Part shown: positions 36,851-44,835 of the stretch, in pieces
How positions within the stretch are numbered: the stretch's first letter is position 1
Layout of the letters: each line of letters begins with the position of its first letter
DNA from: Actinomycetota bacterium
GTDB taxonomy: Bacteria; Actinomycetota; Thermoleophilia; Gaiellales; Gaiellaceae
Assembly: GCA_046732615.1 (NCBI GenBank)
Contig: JBKPNM010000090.1
Coordinates: forward strand, 1-47,582
Reading direction: 5' to 3'
Length of the DNA: 47,582 bases
Program-made: the position numbers and the translations under genes
The notes under the pieces: generated by a model
Databases searched by the model: none
Told to the model about the DNA's origin: nothing
What the model saw: only the letters and a program-made list of their open reading frames with translations

Positions 36851-36974
36851 CCCATCGCGACCGCCTTCTCCCCAACTGCCCCAACTGCCCCCAGGGGCAC
36901 CGCGGGTGCCCTGATGCCACGCTATCGAGGAAACTGTGCCGCATGGGTGCCGAGATCGTGCCGGAAGTGTGACG
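36851..36974 (-). promoter_or_regulatory. GGCAC-repeat promoter module, copy C, upstream of ccmA
   Basis: On the minus strand: CGTCAC (36969-74), CGGCAC (36958-63), CGGCAC (36947-52), CGGCAC (36936-41); 11-nt spacer; TAGCGT (36919-24); GGGCACC-cgc-GGTGCCC hairpin; GGGGG-CAGTT-GGGG-CAGTT-GGGG. Confidence 0.75.
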
Positions 36975-37068
36975 GCGACGGCGCGTCGGCAGCGCCAAGC
37001 GACGGCAACGGATCGGAGCCTTGCGACGGCGCAACCACCGGCGCCGAGCCCGCGCCGCGCCCAAGCGC

Positions 37069-37932
37069 TCAGAGCAGCGTGTCGAGGGCGACGAACACGC
37101 CGAACGCGATGGACAGGATCCCGTTGACCGTGAAGAACGCGGCGTCGAGGCGACGCAGGTCGTTCGGGCGCACGATCGAATGCTCGTAGACGAGGAGCGC
37201 TGCGACGACGGCGACTCCGAGCCAATACCAGGCGTCGACACCGAGCCCGGCGCCGGCCGCCGCCAGGAGTGCGACCGAGCCGGCATGCATCGCGCGAGCG
37301 CCGAAGAAGACACCGCGCACGCCGAACCGGGTCGCCCAGGAGTGCAGGCCGGCGGCGAGGTCGTGCTCGCGGTCGAAGAGCGCGTAGAAGAGGTCGAACC
37401 CGGCAACCCACAGGCAGACGGCGCCGCCGAGCGCCCAGGCCTGCCACGGGAGCTCGCCGGTGACGGCGACCCACGCCCCGACCGGCGCGAGCCCGAGCGA
37501 CGCGCCGAGCCACAGGTGGCAGAGCCAGGTCGCCCGCTTCAGGTACGGGTAGACGACGAACAAGACGACGGGGATCGGCCACAGCCAGCGCACGATCGGC
37601 TCAAGCTGGAAGACGGCGACGAGGTACACGACGAGCGCGAGCGCGCAGAGGGCTGTCACCTGCGTGCGCGTGAGGGCGCCCGACGGCAGCTCGCGGCCGG
37701 CCGTGCGCGGGTTCCGCGCGTCGATCTCCGCATCGATGAGGCGATTGAGCCCCATCGCGAGCGTCCTCGCGCCGACCATGGCGACCGTGATCCACGCCAT
37801 CGGGGCGAGACCGGGCCAGCCGTCGACCGCGAGGAGCGCGCCGACGTAGGCGAACGGCAGCGCGAAGACCGTGTGCTCGAGCCGCACGAGCCGCGCCAGC
37901 CGCACGGGGAGCGGCGTCGCGAGCGTACTCAG
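37069..37932 (-). CDS. UbiA-family prenyltransferase (MqnP-like); probable CTG start
   Basis: RLEHTVFALPFAY, ARTLAMGLNRLIDAEIDARNPRT..RELP, YPYLKR, GFDLFYALFD, AFFTVNG. Confidence 0.88.
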   Translation of the reverse strand: MSTLATPLPVRLARLVRLEHTVFALPFAYVGALLAVDGWPGLAPMAWITVAMVGARTLAMGLNRLIDAEIDARNPRTAGRELPSGALTRTQVTALCALALVVYLVAVFQLEPIVRWLWPIPVVLFVVYPYLKRATWLCHLWLGASLGLAPVGAWVAVTGELPWQAWALGGAVCLWVAGFDLFYALFDREHDLAAGLHSWATRFGVRGVFFGARAMHAGSVALLAAAGAGLGVDAWYWLGVAVVAALLVYEHSIVRPNDLRRLDAAFFTVNGILSIAFGVFVALDTLL

Positions 37933-38378
37933 ACGGGCTCCTTCGTCTTCGAGGCGAGCTCGACTCCGTCGATTCGCATCTCCTTGTCGACGGCCTTCGC
38001 CATGTCGTAGACGGTCAGCGCCGCCACCGCGGCAGCAGTCAGCGCCTCCATCTCGACACCCGTCCGGGCCGTCGTCTCCGCGGCGGCCTCGATCGCCACG
38101 CCCTCTGCCTCGACCGTGAGGTCGACCTCGATGGCGGTCAGTGGAAGCGGATGGCAGAGCGGAATCAGCTCGCTCGTCCGCTTCGCGGCCTGGATTCCGG
38201 CCACGCGTGCCACGGTCAGCGCGTCGCCCTTCGGAAGCGAGCGAAGACGCGCAGCGGTGGTCGCGGCCATCCGCACCCGGGCGCGCGCGACGGCGCGGCG
38301 CCTCGACACCGGCTTCCCGCCGACGTCGACCATGCGGACGTCGCCGGTGGCCTCGTCCACGTGCGAGAGCTCGCTCAC
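37929..38378 (-). CDS. moaC: Cyclic pyranopterin monophosphate synthase
   Basis: LSHVD...MVDV, AGIQAAKRT, LIPLCHPL, TGVEMEAL, VYDMAKAVD. Confidence 0.95.
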   Translation of the reverse strand: MSELSHVDEATGDVRMVDVGGKPVSRRRAVARARVRMAATTAARLRSLPKGDALTVARVAGIQAAKRTSELIPLCHPLPLTAIEVDLTVEAEGVAIEAAAETTARTGVEMEALTAAAVAALTVYDMAKAVDKEMRIDGVELASKTKEPV

Positions 38379-39961
38379 CGCAACATCTTCCGCGCCAGGT
38401 GCGCAAGCCCGCGGCGGTGCTCGACGAGCGCGCGCGCACGTGCGGATGTCCCGTCCGCGTACAGCGCCCCGAGCAACCCGCGGAGCCCGTCGACCGCGCG
38501 GTCGCCGTACGGGTACCACCAACCCGGCGTCAGCCTGCCGCGGTCGGAGTCCACGAGCTTGATGTTCGACAGTGCGTAGAGGCCGTGCTGGGACCCGATG
38601 CGGCCGAGACCCGACGACCGCCGGCCGCCCCACGGCGCCTGCGGGGCGCCGAAGGAGTAGGCGTGGTCGTTGACCCAGACGGACGCGGTCTCGAGGCGCG
38701 CCGCGAGCGAACGCGCGCGACCGGTGTCGCGCGTCCAGATGCTTGCCCCGAGGCCGAACGGCGAGTCGTTCGCCCAGCGCAGCATCTGCTCCTCGTTGTC
38801 CAATGAGACGACAACGACGGCCGGCCCGAACAGCTCCTCGTCCCGGAGCCTCGCGTCGCGCGGCTCGCCGACGACGACGGTCGGCTCGTAGAACCAGCCC
38901 GGAGGGGCGTCTGCAGGACGGCGGCCGCCCGTGACCAGCTCGGCGCCGTGCTCGACCGCGTCCACGAGCAGGGCCTCGAAGCGATCTCGCTGCGCCTCGT
39001 TCACGAGCGGCCCCAGATCGATGCCGGGATCGAGCCCGTGCCCGATGCGGAGGCCACGTGCGCGGGCGGCGACGCGCTCCACGAAGTCGTCGTGGAGGCC
39101 GGACGCGACTGCGATGCGCTCGATGCCTGCGCACGCCTGCCCGCAGTTCGTGAACGAACCCCACAGCGCACCCTCGACCGCCCGGTCGAGATCCGCGTCG
39201 TCGAGCACGAGCATCGCGTCCTTCCCACCCAGCTCGAGGACGACCGGGCAGAGACGCTCTGCCGCAGCTCGGGCGACGAGCCGCCCGACCTCGAGCGACC
39301 CGGTGAAGACGATTCCGTTGATCCCCCGGTGGCGGACGAGCTCCCCCCCGACGTCGCCGTCGCCCTGGACGACCCGGACGAGGCCTGGCGGCGCTCCGGC
39401 CCGCCGGAAGAGCTCCTCGACCCACGCTCCGCTGAGCGGCGTCAGCTCGGACGGCTTGAGCACCGCGGCGTTCCCCGCGGCAACCGCCGCGGCCGCCTGG
39501 CGCAGCGGGATCGCGAGCGGGAAGTTCCAGGGCGTGACGAGCGCGACGACGCCGAGCGGCTCGTACCGGAGCCACCCGCGCTTCTGCCGCAGGACGAGCT
39601 GCGGAAAGGGGAGCCGTTCTTCCCCCAGAACCCGCTCGACGTTAGCGGCGTGCCACCGGCATGCGTCCGCGGCCACGACCAGGTCGTGCGCGTACGCCTC
39701 GGCGAGCGGCTTGCCGGACTCACCGACGATCGTCCGCGCGATCGCATCCGCGTCCTCGACCAGCGCATGCGAGACGCGCTCGAGGAGCCGTCGTCGGGTT
39801 GCGAGCGGCTCCCGTGCGAACGCCTCCTGCGCCATCCGCGCCTCGGCGACGACCTCGGAGAGCTCCTCCGGGGGCGTGACCGCGACACGCCCGACCTCGG
39901 TGAGCGTCGCCGGATCGAACGAGACGAGCTCGCGTCCCGAGACGTCGGCGCCGGCGCTCAC
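38375..39961 (-). CDS. Aldehyde dehydrogenase family protein
   Basis: PWNFP, LKPSELTP, FTGS, LELGGKD, CGQACAG, EELFGP, FGLGAS. Confidence 0.93.
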   Translation of the reverse strand: MSAGADVSGRELVSFDPATLTEVGRVAVTPPEELSEVVAEARMAQEAFAREPLATRRRLLERVSHALVEDADAIARTIVGESGKPLAEAYAHDLVVAADACRWHAANVERVLGEERLPFPQLVLRQKRGWLRYEPLGVVALVTPWNFPLAIPLRQAAAAVAAGNAAVLKPSELTPLSGAWVEELFRRAGAPPGLVRVVQGDGDVGGELVRHRGINGIVFTGSLEVGRLVARAAAERLCPVVLELGGKDAMLVLDDADLDRAVEGALWGSFTNCGQACAGIERIAVASGLHDDFVERVAARARGLRIGHGLDPGIDLGPLVNEAQRDRFEALLVDAVEHGAELVTGGRRPADAPPGWFYEPTVVVGEPRDARLRDEELFGPAVVVVSLDNEEQMLRWANDSPFGLGASIWTRDTGRARSLAARLETASVWVNDHAYSFGAPQAPWGGRRSSGLGRIGSQHGLYALSNIKLVDSDRGRLTPGWWYPYGDRAVDGLRGLLGALYADGTSARARALVEHRRGLAHLARKMLR

Positions 39962-41403
39962 GACCGCATCGTAGCCCCGGCCTCCCGGCCCGGCGCCCGC
40001 CGGTCGAGTTCTGTCAGCTCGCGTGTCGCCCACGCATCGAGGTCGTGGGCGCGAACGTGGGCCCGGATCGCGTCGAGCCTCGTGCCGCGTTCGGCGGGCG
40101 GCAGCTCGAGCGCGGCTTCGAGGGCGGCCGCCTGGCCGTCGACGTCCAGTGGATCGATCCCGATCACCCAGGGCTCGAGCTCCGCGAATGCGCCCGCGCC
40201 GCTCGAGAGCACGAGAACGCCGTCCCGCCGGTTCGCGATCGGCGCCTCCTTGGCAACGAGGTTGAGCCCGTCGAGCACCGGATTCACGAGGAGCACGTCG
40301 TACTCGGTGTAGGCGGCCACCGACGCGACGAAGTCGTCCCGCACGACGAGCTCGACCGGCTCCCAGCCCGGGCGGCCGAATCGCTCGTTGACGGCTGCGA
40401 CGGCTCCCTCGACGGCGTCGCGGTAGTCGACGTACTCGGGGATCGTCTCCCGGGACGGATCGAGCAGTGCGAGCAGGCCGATACGGCCGCGGAGGTCTGG
40501 CCGGCGTTCCAAGAGGCGCCCGAAAGCCTCGAAGCCGCGAACGGCGTTCTTCGACGGATCCGTTCGGTCGACGCGGAGCACGAGGATCTCGGGACGCACC
40601 GCCAGCAGCTCTTCGCGGCGCGAACGGACGCCGTCGCTCGCCACGATCGCCTCGAACTCCTCGACGTCGACTGCGATGGGGTTCGCGTGCGAGCGTCGCT
40701 GCGCCTCGTCGCCGAGGCCCAGGAGCGCCTCGCAGCTCTCGACGAATGCCGCTCGCCAGCGCTCCGTGTGGAAGCCGAGGCTGTCGGCCGCGAGGAGCCC
40801 TTCGTGGATCGCGACGGCGATCGCGCGTGGCAACACGGCCCAGTCGTCCGGGCCGACCCAAGGGATGTGGGTGAAGTGGGCGATCCGCGCATTCGGCCGG
40901 GCGGCGCGCACGAAGCCCGGAACGAGGTCGAGGTGGTAGTCCTGGACGAAGACGGGCGCGTCGGGCACGCGGTCGAGCTCGGCGACGACCGCCGCTGCGA
41001 GGGCGCGGTTGGCCTCGACGTAGCCATGTCGCCACGGGACGCTCAGATCGGCATCCGGATCGTGTTTCAGGCTCCACAGCCGGTGCTGGACGAACCAGAG
41101 GACGGGATTCGCGATGACTCCGTAGAAGCGCTCGTAGACGTGGGGTTCGTGGGCGACGAGGCGCAGCCGGAACGCCGAGCCGCCGGGCGAGCGCTGCGCG
41201 ACCGGCCCATCCGCCGCGACGTCGTGCTCGGCGTCGGTCATCGCGCTCGCGACCCACGTCACTTCCATGCGGTCGACGAGCGGGCGCAGCGCGGTCACGA
41301 GCCCGCCCGAGCCGCGAACCTCCTCGAGCCGGCCGCCCGAGTCGCGGCGAAACCCGACGGGACCGCGGTTGGAGACGACGATCAGCGGCTCGGGGGACGC
41401 CAC
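39958..41403 (-). CDS. otsA: Trehalose-6-phosphate synthase family glycosyltransferase (GT20)
   Basis: VSNRGP, GGLVTAL, QDYHL, FTHIPW, VDRTDPSKN, DGLNLVAKE. Confidence 0.85.
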   Translation of the reverse strand: MASPEPLIVVSNRGPVGFRRDSGGRLEEVRGSGGLVTALRPLVDRMEVTWVASAMTDAEHDVAADGPVAQRSPGGSAFRLRLVAHEPHVYERFYGVIANPVLWFVQHRLWSLKHDPDADLSVPWRHGYVEANRALAAAVVAELDRVPDAPVFVQDYHLDLVPGFVRAARPNARIAHFTHIPWVGPDDWAVLPRAIAVAIHEGLLAADSLGFHTERWRAAFVESCEALLGLGDEAQRRSHANPIAVDVEEFEAIVASDGVRSRREELLAVRPEILVLRVDRTDPSKNAVRGFEAFGRLLERRPDLRGRIGLLALLDPSRETIPEYVDYRDAVEGAVAAVNERFGRPGWEPVELVVRDDFVASVAAYTEYDVLLVNPVLDGLNLVAKEAPIANRRDGVLVLSSGAGAFAELEPWVIGIDPLDVDGQAAALEAALELPPAERGTRLDAIRAHVRAHDLDAWATRELTELDRRAPGREAGATMRS

Positions 41404-41411
41404 GGGGCGGC

Positions 41412-42584
41412 TCAGCGCGCCGGACGGTCGGCGAGCGTGACGTCCACGTTGACCCGCTTGCCGCCGCGGACGACGGTGAAGGTGACGGTCTGGCCCGGCG
41501 CGAGCGTGGTCGTGACGAGTCGGGAGACGTCGTCCGCGCTCTCGATCTTCGACCCGCCGATCGCGACGATGAGGTCGCCTCCGAGCGTCACGTCCTTCCC
41601 GTTGAACGCCTCGGTGCGCGTCCCACCGCGGATGCCCGCGACGCCGGCCGGCGAGCTCTCCTCGACCTGGGTCACGAGCGCGCCGCGCGCGGCGCCGAGC
41701 GAGAAGCGCTTGGCGATCCCGGGCGTCACGTCCTGCGTGCTCACGCCGATGTACGCGTACCGCACACGACCGGTGCGGAGCAGCTGGTCGAGCGCGCGGC
41801 GGGCGAGGTCGATCGGGATCGCGAAGCCGACGCCCTCGGCGTTCCCGCTCGTGCTCTGGATCTGCGCGTTGATGCCGATCACGCGGCCCTCGCCGTCGAA
41901 GAGCGGGCCGCCCGAGTTCCCGCGGTTGATCGGCGCGTCGATCTGGATCGCGTTCGAGACGGCGAAGCCGCCGGCCGTGAGCGAGTCGATCGACCGCCCC
42001 GTCGCCGAGACGACGCCGACCGAGAGCGACGTCTGCTTGCCGAAGGGGCTGCCGATCGCGGCCACGGGCTCACCGACGACCACGGCGGCCGAGTTGCCGA
42101 GCGGCACGGGATCGAGCGGATGGTCCTTGGGCGAGACCCGGACCACGCCCACGTCGCTGAACAGGTCCCACCCGACGACGCGCCCTGCAACGCGCTCGCC
42201 GTCCGAGAACTCGACGTACACGGCGCGCGCGCCCTGGATGTTCGTCCGGGACTCGGCGACGTTCGTGATCACGTGGGCGTTCGTGAGGATCACACCCTCA
42301 CCGTCGACGACGAAACCAGACCCCTGCGCCTGTCCGTCGGCGCCGAGGTTGGCGTAAATGGTCACGACACCCGGCGCGCGGGCGGCGTAGAGCGTTTCCG
42401 GGTCGAAGCCGGCGCCCGTGCGACGGGCCGGCAAGGTCGTCGTGACCGACGTCGGCGTCGCCACCGACTCGACGACGGTGGTCGTCGGGTCACCGAAATC
42501 GGTGACCCAGCCGACGAGCAACGCCGCGGCCGCGCCGACTGCCGCGGCGACGACGGCGAGACCCACTGCGGTCCGGCGGCCCAT
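41412..42584 (-). CDS. HtrA/DegP-like S1C serine protease with PDZ domain
   Basis: N-terminal TM, GSGFV, TNAHV, DVGV, DAPINRGNSGGP, PDZ domain. TACGGT -10 lies 7 nt before ATG 42584. Confidence 0.92.
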   Translation of the reverse strand: MGRRTAVGLAVVAAAVGAAAALLVGWVTDFGDPTTTVVESVATPTSVTTTLPARRTGAGFDPETLYAARAPGVVTIYANLGADGQAQGSGFVVDGEGVILTNAHVITNVAESRTNIQGARAVYVEFSDGERVAGRVVGWDLFSDVGVVRVSPKDHPLDPVPLGNSAAVVVGEPVAAIGSPFGKQTSLSVGVVSATGRSIDSLTAGGFAVSNAIQIDAPINRGNSGGPLFDGEGRVIGINAQIQSTSGNAEGVGFAIPIDLARRALDQLLRTGRVRYAYIGVSTQDVTPGIAKRFSLGAARGALVTQVEESSPAGVAGIRGGTRTEAFNGKDVTLGGDLIVAIGGSKIESADDVSRLVTTTLAPGQTVTFTVVRGGKRVNVDVTLADRPAR

Positions 42585-42612
42585 CCGAGCCACCGTAGCA
42601 ACGCGCTCGTTC

Positions 42613-42674
42613 GTTTCCACGTGAAAACGACGGCGCCCGGGGCCACGGTTTCAGCGCCCTTTTCACGTGGAAAC
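42613..42674. promoter_or_regulatory. Pair of 16-bp parS-like palindromes
   Basis: GTTTCCACGTGAAAAC (42613-42628) and CTTTTCACGTGGAAAC (42659-42674) are AT-rich, CACGTG-centred and mutually inverted. Confidence 0.55.
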
Positions 42675-44078
42675 GGCAAGCTCGCCGGCGGCGACCGGAG
42701 CCGCAGGCAGCGACAGCGTGAAGGTCGTGCGTCCGCCGCGCGACTCGAGCTCGACCGTCCCGCCCATCCGCTCGGCGAGCTCGCGGGCGATCGCGAGCCC
42801 GAGCCCGCTGCCCGACGCATGCGGGCCCTCGACCCGGTAGAAGCGGTCGAAGATCCGGTCGGCGTGCTCGCGCGGAATCCCGGGACCGTCGTCGGACACC
42901 GACAGCTCCGCGCGACCATCGACGCGCACGGTGGCGATCGTGATCTCGGTTCCCGGGGGCGTGTGGGCGAGCGCGTTCCCCGTCAGTGCCCGCCCGATCT
43001 GGAGCACGCGCTCCTCGTCTGCGACCGCCCAGGCGCCGGGATCGGTCTCGAGGACGAGCCGGTGGCCGGTCGACTCGGCGAGCGGCGTGAGCTCGTCGAC
43101 GAGCGCGCGAGCGGTGTCGCCGAGGACCACCTCCTCGCGCTCGACCCGGAGCCGGCCCGCATCCATCCGGGACAGGTCGAGCAGATCGGCCGCGAGCTTC
43201 GTCAGGCGGTCGACCTGCTCGCGCGTGGTCGCGAGGAAGCCCGCGCGCGTCTCCTCGTCGAGATCCTCGTCGACCAGCAGCTCGAGGAACCCGGCGAGGG
43301 AGAAGAGTGGGGTGCGTAGCTCGTGCGACGCGTTCGCGACGAACTCCTTGCGCGCCGTGTCGAGCTGCGCGAGCTGGACGCGCATCCGCTCGAACGCCGC
43401 GGCCAGCTCGCCGAGCTCGTCATCGCCGAGGTCGACCACGGGCTCGTCGAACTGCCCCTCCGCGATGCGGTTCGCGGCCCGCTCGAGCCGGCGGATGCGG
43501 CGAGCGTGCAGGGTCGCGGCGGCGCTCCCCAGGATCGCGGCGATCGCGAGCGCCACGCCGGTGGCGTAGAGCAGCCGCCGCTTGACGACGCGCACGGTCG
43601 CGAGCTGGTCCTCGAGTGGCGTCGAGACGAGGAGCACGTTCCCCGAGAGCAGTGGGATCGCCACCTCTCCGAACGGGCGGCCGCCCCGGTCGACGCGTCC
43701 CCGAGCGGGTCGCGACGTCTGCGCCGCCTCGAGCGCGATCTCGTCCTCGCTGATCGCGCCGGGCGTCGACGCGGAGTCGGCGAGCGGTCGCAGCGAGAGC
43801 GGCGACGGGCCGAAGACCTGGTAGACGACCACGCGGGCGTTCGCGGCGATCGACCAGGCGTCGACGAAATCGTCGATCTCGAGCGGGGTGCTGAAGTCCT
43901 GCTGCGCATACGAGATCGCCGTGGAGTTCGCGTCGCGCTGCAGCTCGTCGAGCCGCTCGTCGACGAGGCGTCGCTCGAGCGACGGGACGACCATCACGTA
44001 CGCGCCGGCGAGGGCGCCGCCGACGATCAGGAGCAGCGCGATCGCCAGGGTGGTGCGGATACCGCCCGGAAGACTCAC
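42663..44078 (-). CDS. HAMP-domain sensor histidine kinase
   Basis: 2 TM, HAMP (DELGELAAAFERM), H-box ASHELRTPL, N-box, DDGPG, GSGLGL. Confidence 0.93.
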   Translation of the reverse strand: MSLPGGIRTTLAIALLLIVGGALAGAYVMVVPSLERRLVDERLDELQRDANSTAISYAQQDFSTPLEIDDFVDAWSIAANARVVVYQVFGPSPLSLRPLADSASTPGAISEDEIALEAAQTSRPARGRVDRGGRPFGEVAIPLLSGNVLLVSTPLEDQLATVRVVKRRLLYATGVALAIAAILGSAAATLHARRIRRLERAANRIAEGQFDEPVVDLGDDELGELAAAFERMRVQLAQLDTARKEFVANASHELRTPLFSLAGFLELLVDEDLDEETRAGFLATTREQVDRLTKLAADLLDLSRMDAGRLRVEREEVVLGDTARALVDELTPLAESTGHRLVLETDPGAWAVADEERVLQIGRALTGNALAHTPPGTEITIATVRVDGRAELSVSDDGPGIPREHADRIFDRFYRVEGPHASGSGLGLAIARELAERMGGTVELESRGGRTTFTLSLPAAPVAAGELAVST

Positions 44079-44776
44079 GAGTCGCGGAAGCGGTAGCCGG
44101 CGCCGCGCACGGTGAGGATCAGCTCGGGCTCGCGTGCGTCACGCTCGATCTTCTCGCGGAGGTGCCGGACGTGCACGTCGATCGTGCGGGGCTCGCGGTA
44201 GTCCGCGCTGCCGCGGATCCGTTCGAGCAGCTGGCGGCGGCTGAAGACGATGCCCGGGTCGGAAGCGAGCAGCGCGAGCAGCTCGAACTCGACGAACGTC
44301 AGCTGGACGGGCTGGCCTCGCACCTCGACCGTCCGGCGGGGCAGGTCGATCACGACGTCGCCGCGGTCGACGACCTCGTCCCGGCGGCTCGCGTGGTGCG
44401 GCGTCGCCGCGCGTCGCAGCAGCGCGCGTACACGGCTCCGGAACTCGCGGATCGAGAACGGCTTGGTGATGTAGTCGTCCGCCCCCAGCTCGAGCCCGAG
44501 GACCTTGTCCAGCTCGTCGTCGCGCGCGGTCAGCATGATGATCGGCACCGTGCTCTCGGCACGGAGCCTCCGGCAGACCTCCAGCCCGTCGACTCTTGGC
44601 AGCATTATGTCGAGGACGACGAGGTCGATGTCCTCCTCGCCGAAGCGCTGCAGCGCCTCGTCCCCGTCGCGCGCCTGGACGACCCGGTAGCCGTCCCGTT
44701 CGAGCGGATAGGTGAGAAGCGACTGGATGGCGTCCTCGTCGTCGACGAGGAGAATGGTGGAGGACGAGTCCGGCAT
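44075..44776 (-). CDS. OmpR/PhoB-family response regulator
   Basis: LVDDE, LDIMLP, MLTA, GADDYITKPF, LTFVEFELL, RTIDVHVRHLREK, TVRGAGY. Confidence 0.95.
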   Translation of the reverse strand: MPDSSSTILLVDDEDAIQSLLTYPLERDGYRVVQARDGDEALQRFGEEDIDLVVLDIMLPRVDGLEVCRRLRAESTVPIIMLTARDDELDKVLGLELGADDYITKPFSIREFRSRVRALLRRAATPHHASRRDEVVDRGDVVIDLPRRTVEVRGQPVQLTFVEFELLALLASDPGIVFSRRQLLERIRGSADYREPRTIDVHVRHLREKIERDAREPELILTVRGAGYRFRDS

Positions 44777-44835
44777 CTGTGCGTCGGCGCCCCCACGGGC
44801 GGATGGGCCTGCCCGTCCCTACTATAGCCCCCTGC

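Noticed and set aside
36870-36974. Short repeats (CCCCAACTG x2; GTGCCG x3) as a CRISPR array or iterons
   Set aside because: Units are 6-9 bp with 5-nt gaps; there are no spacers, cas genes or rep gene.
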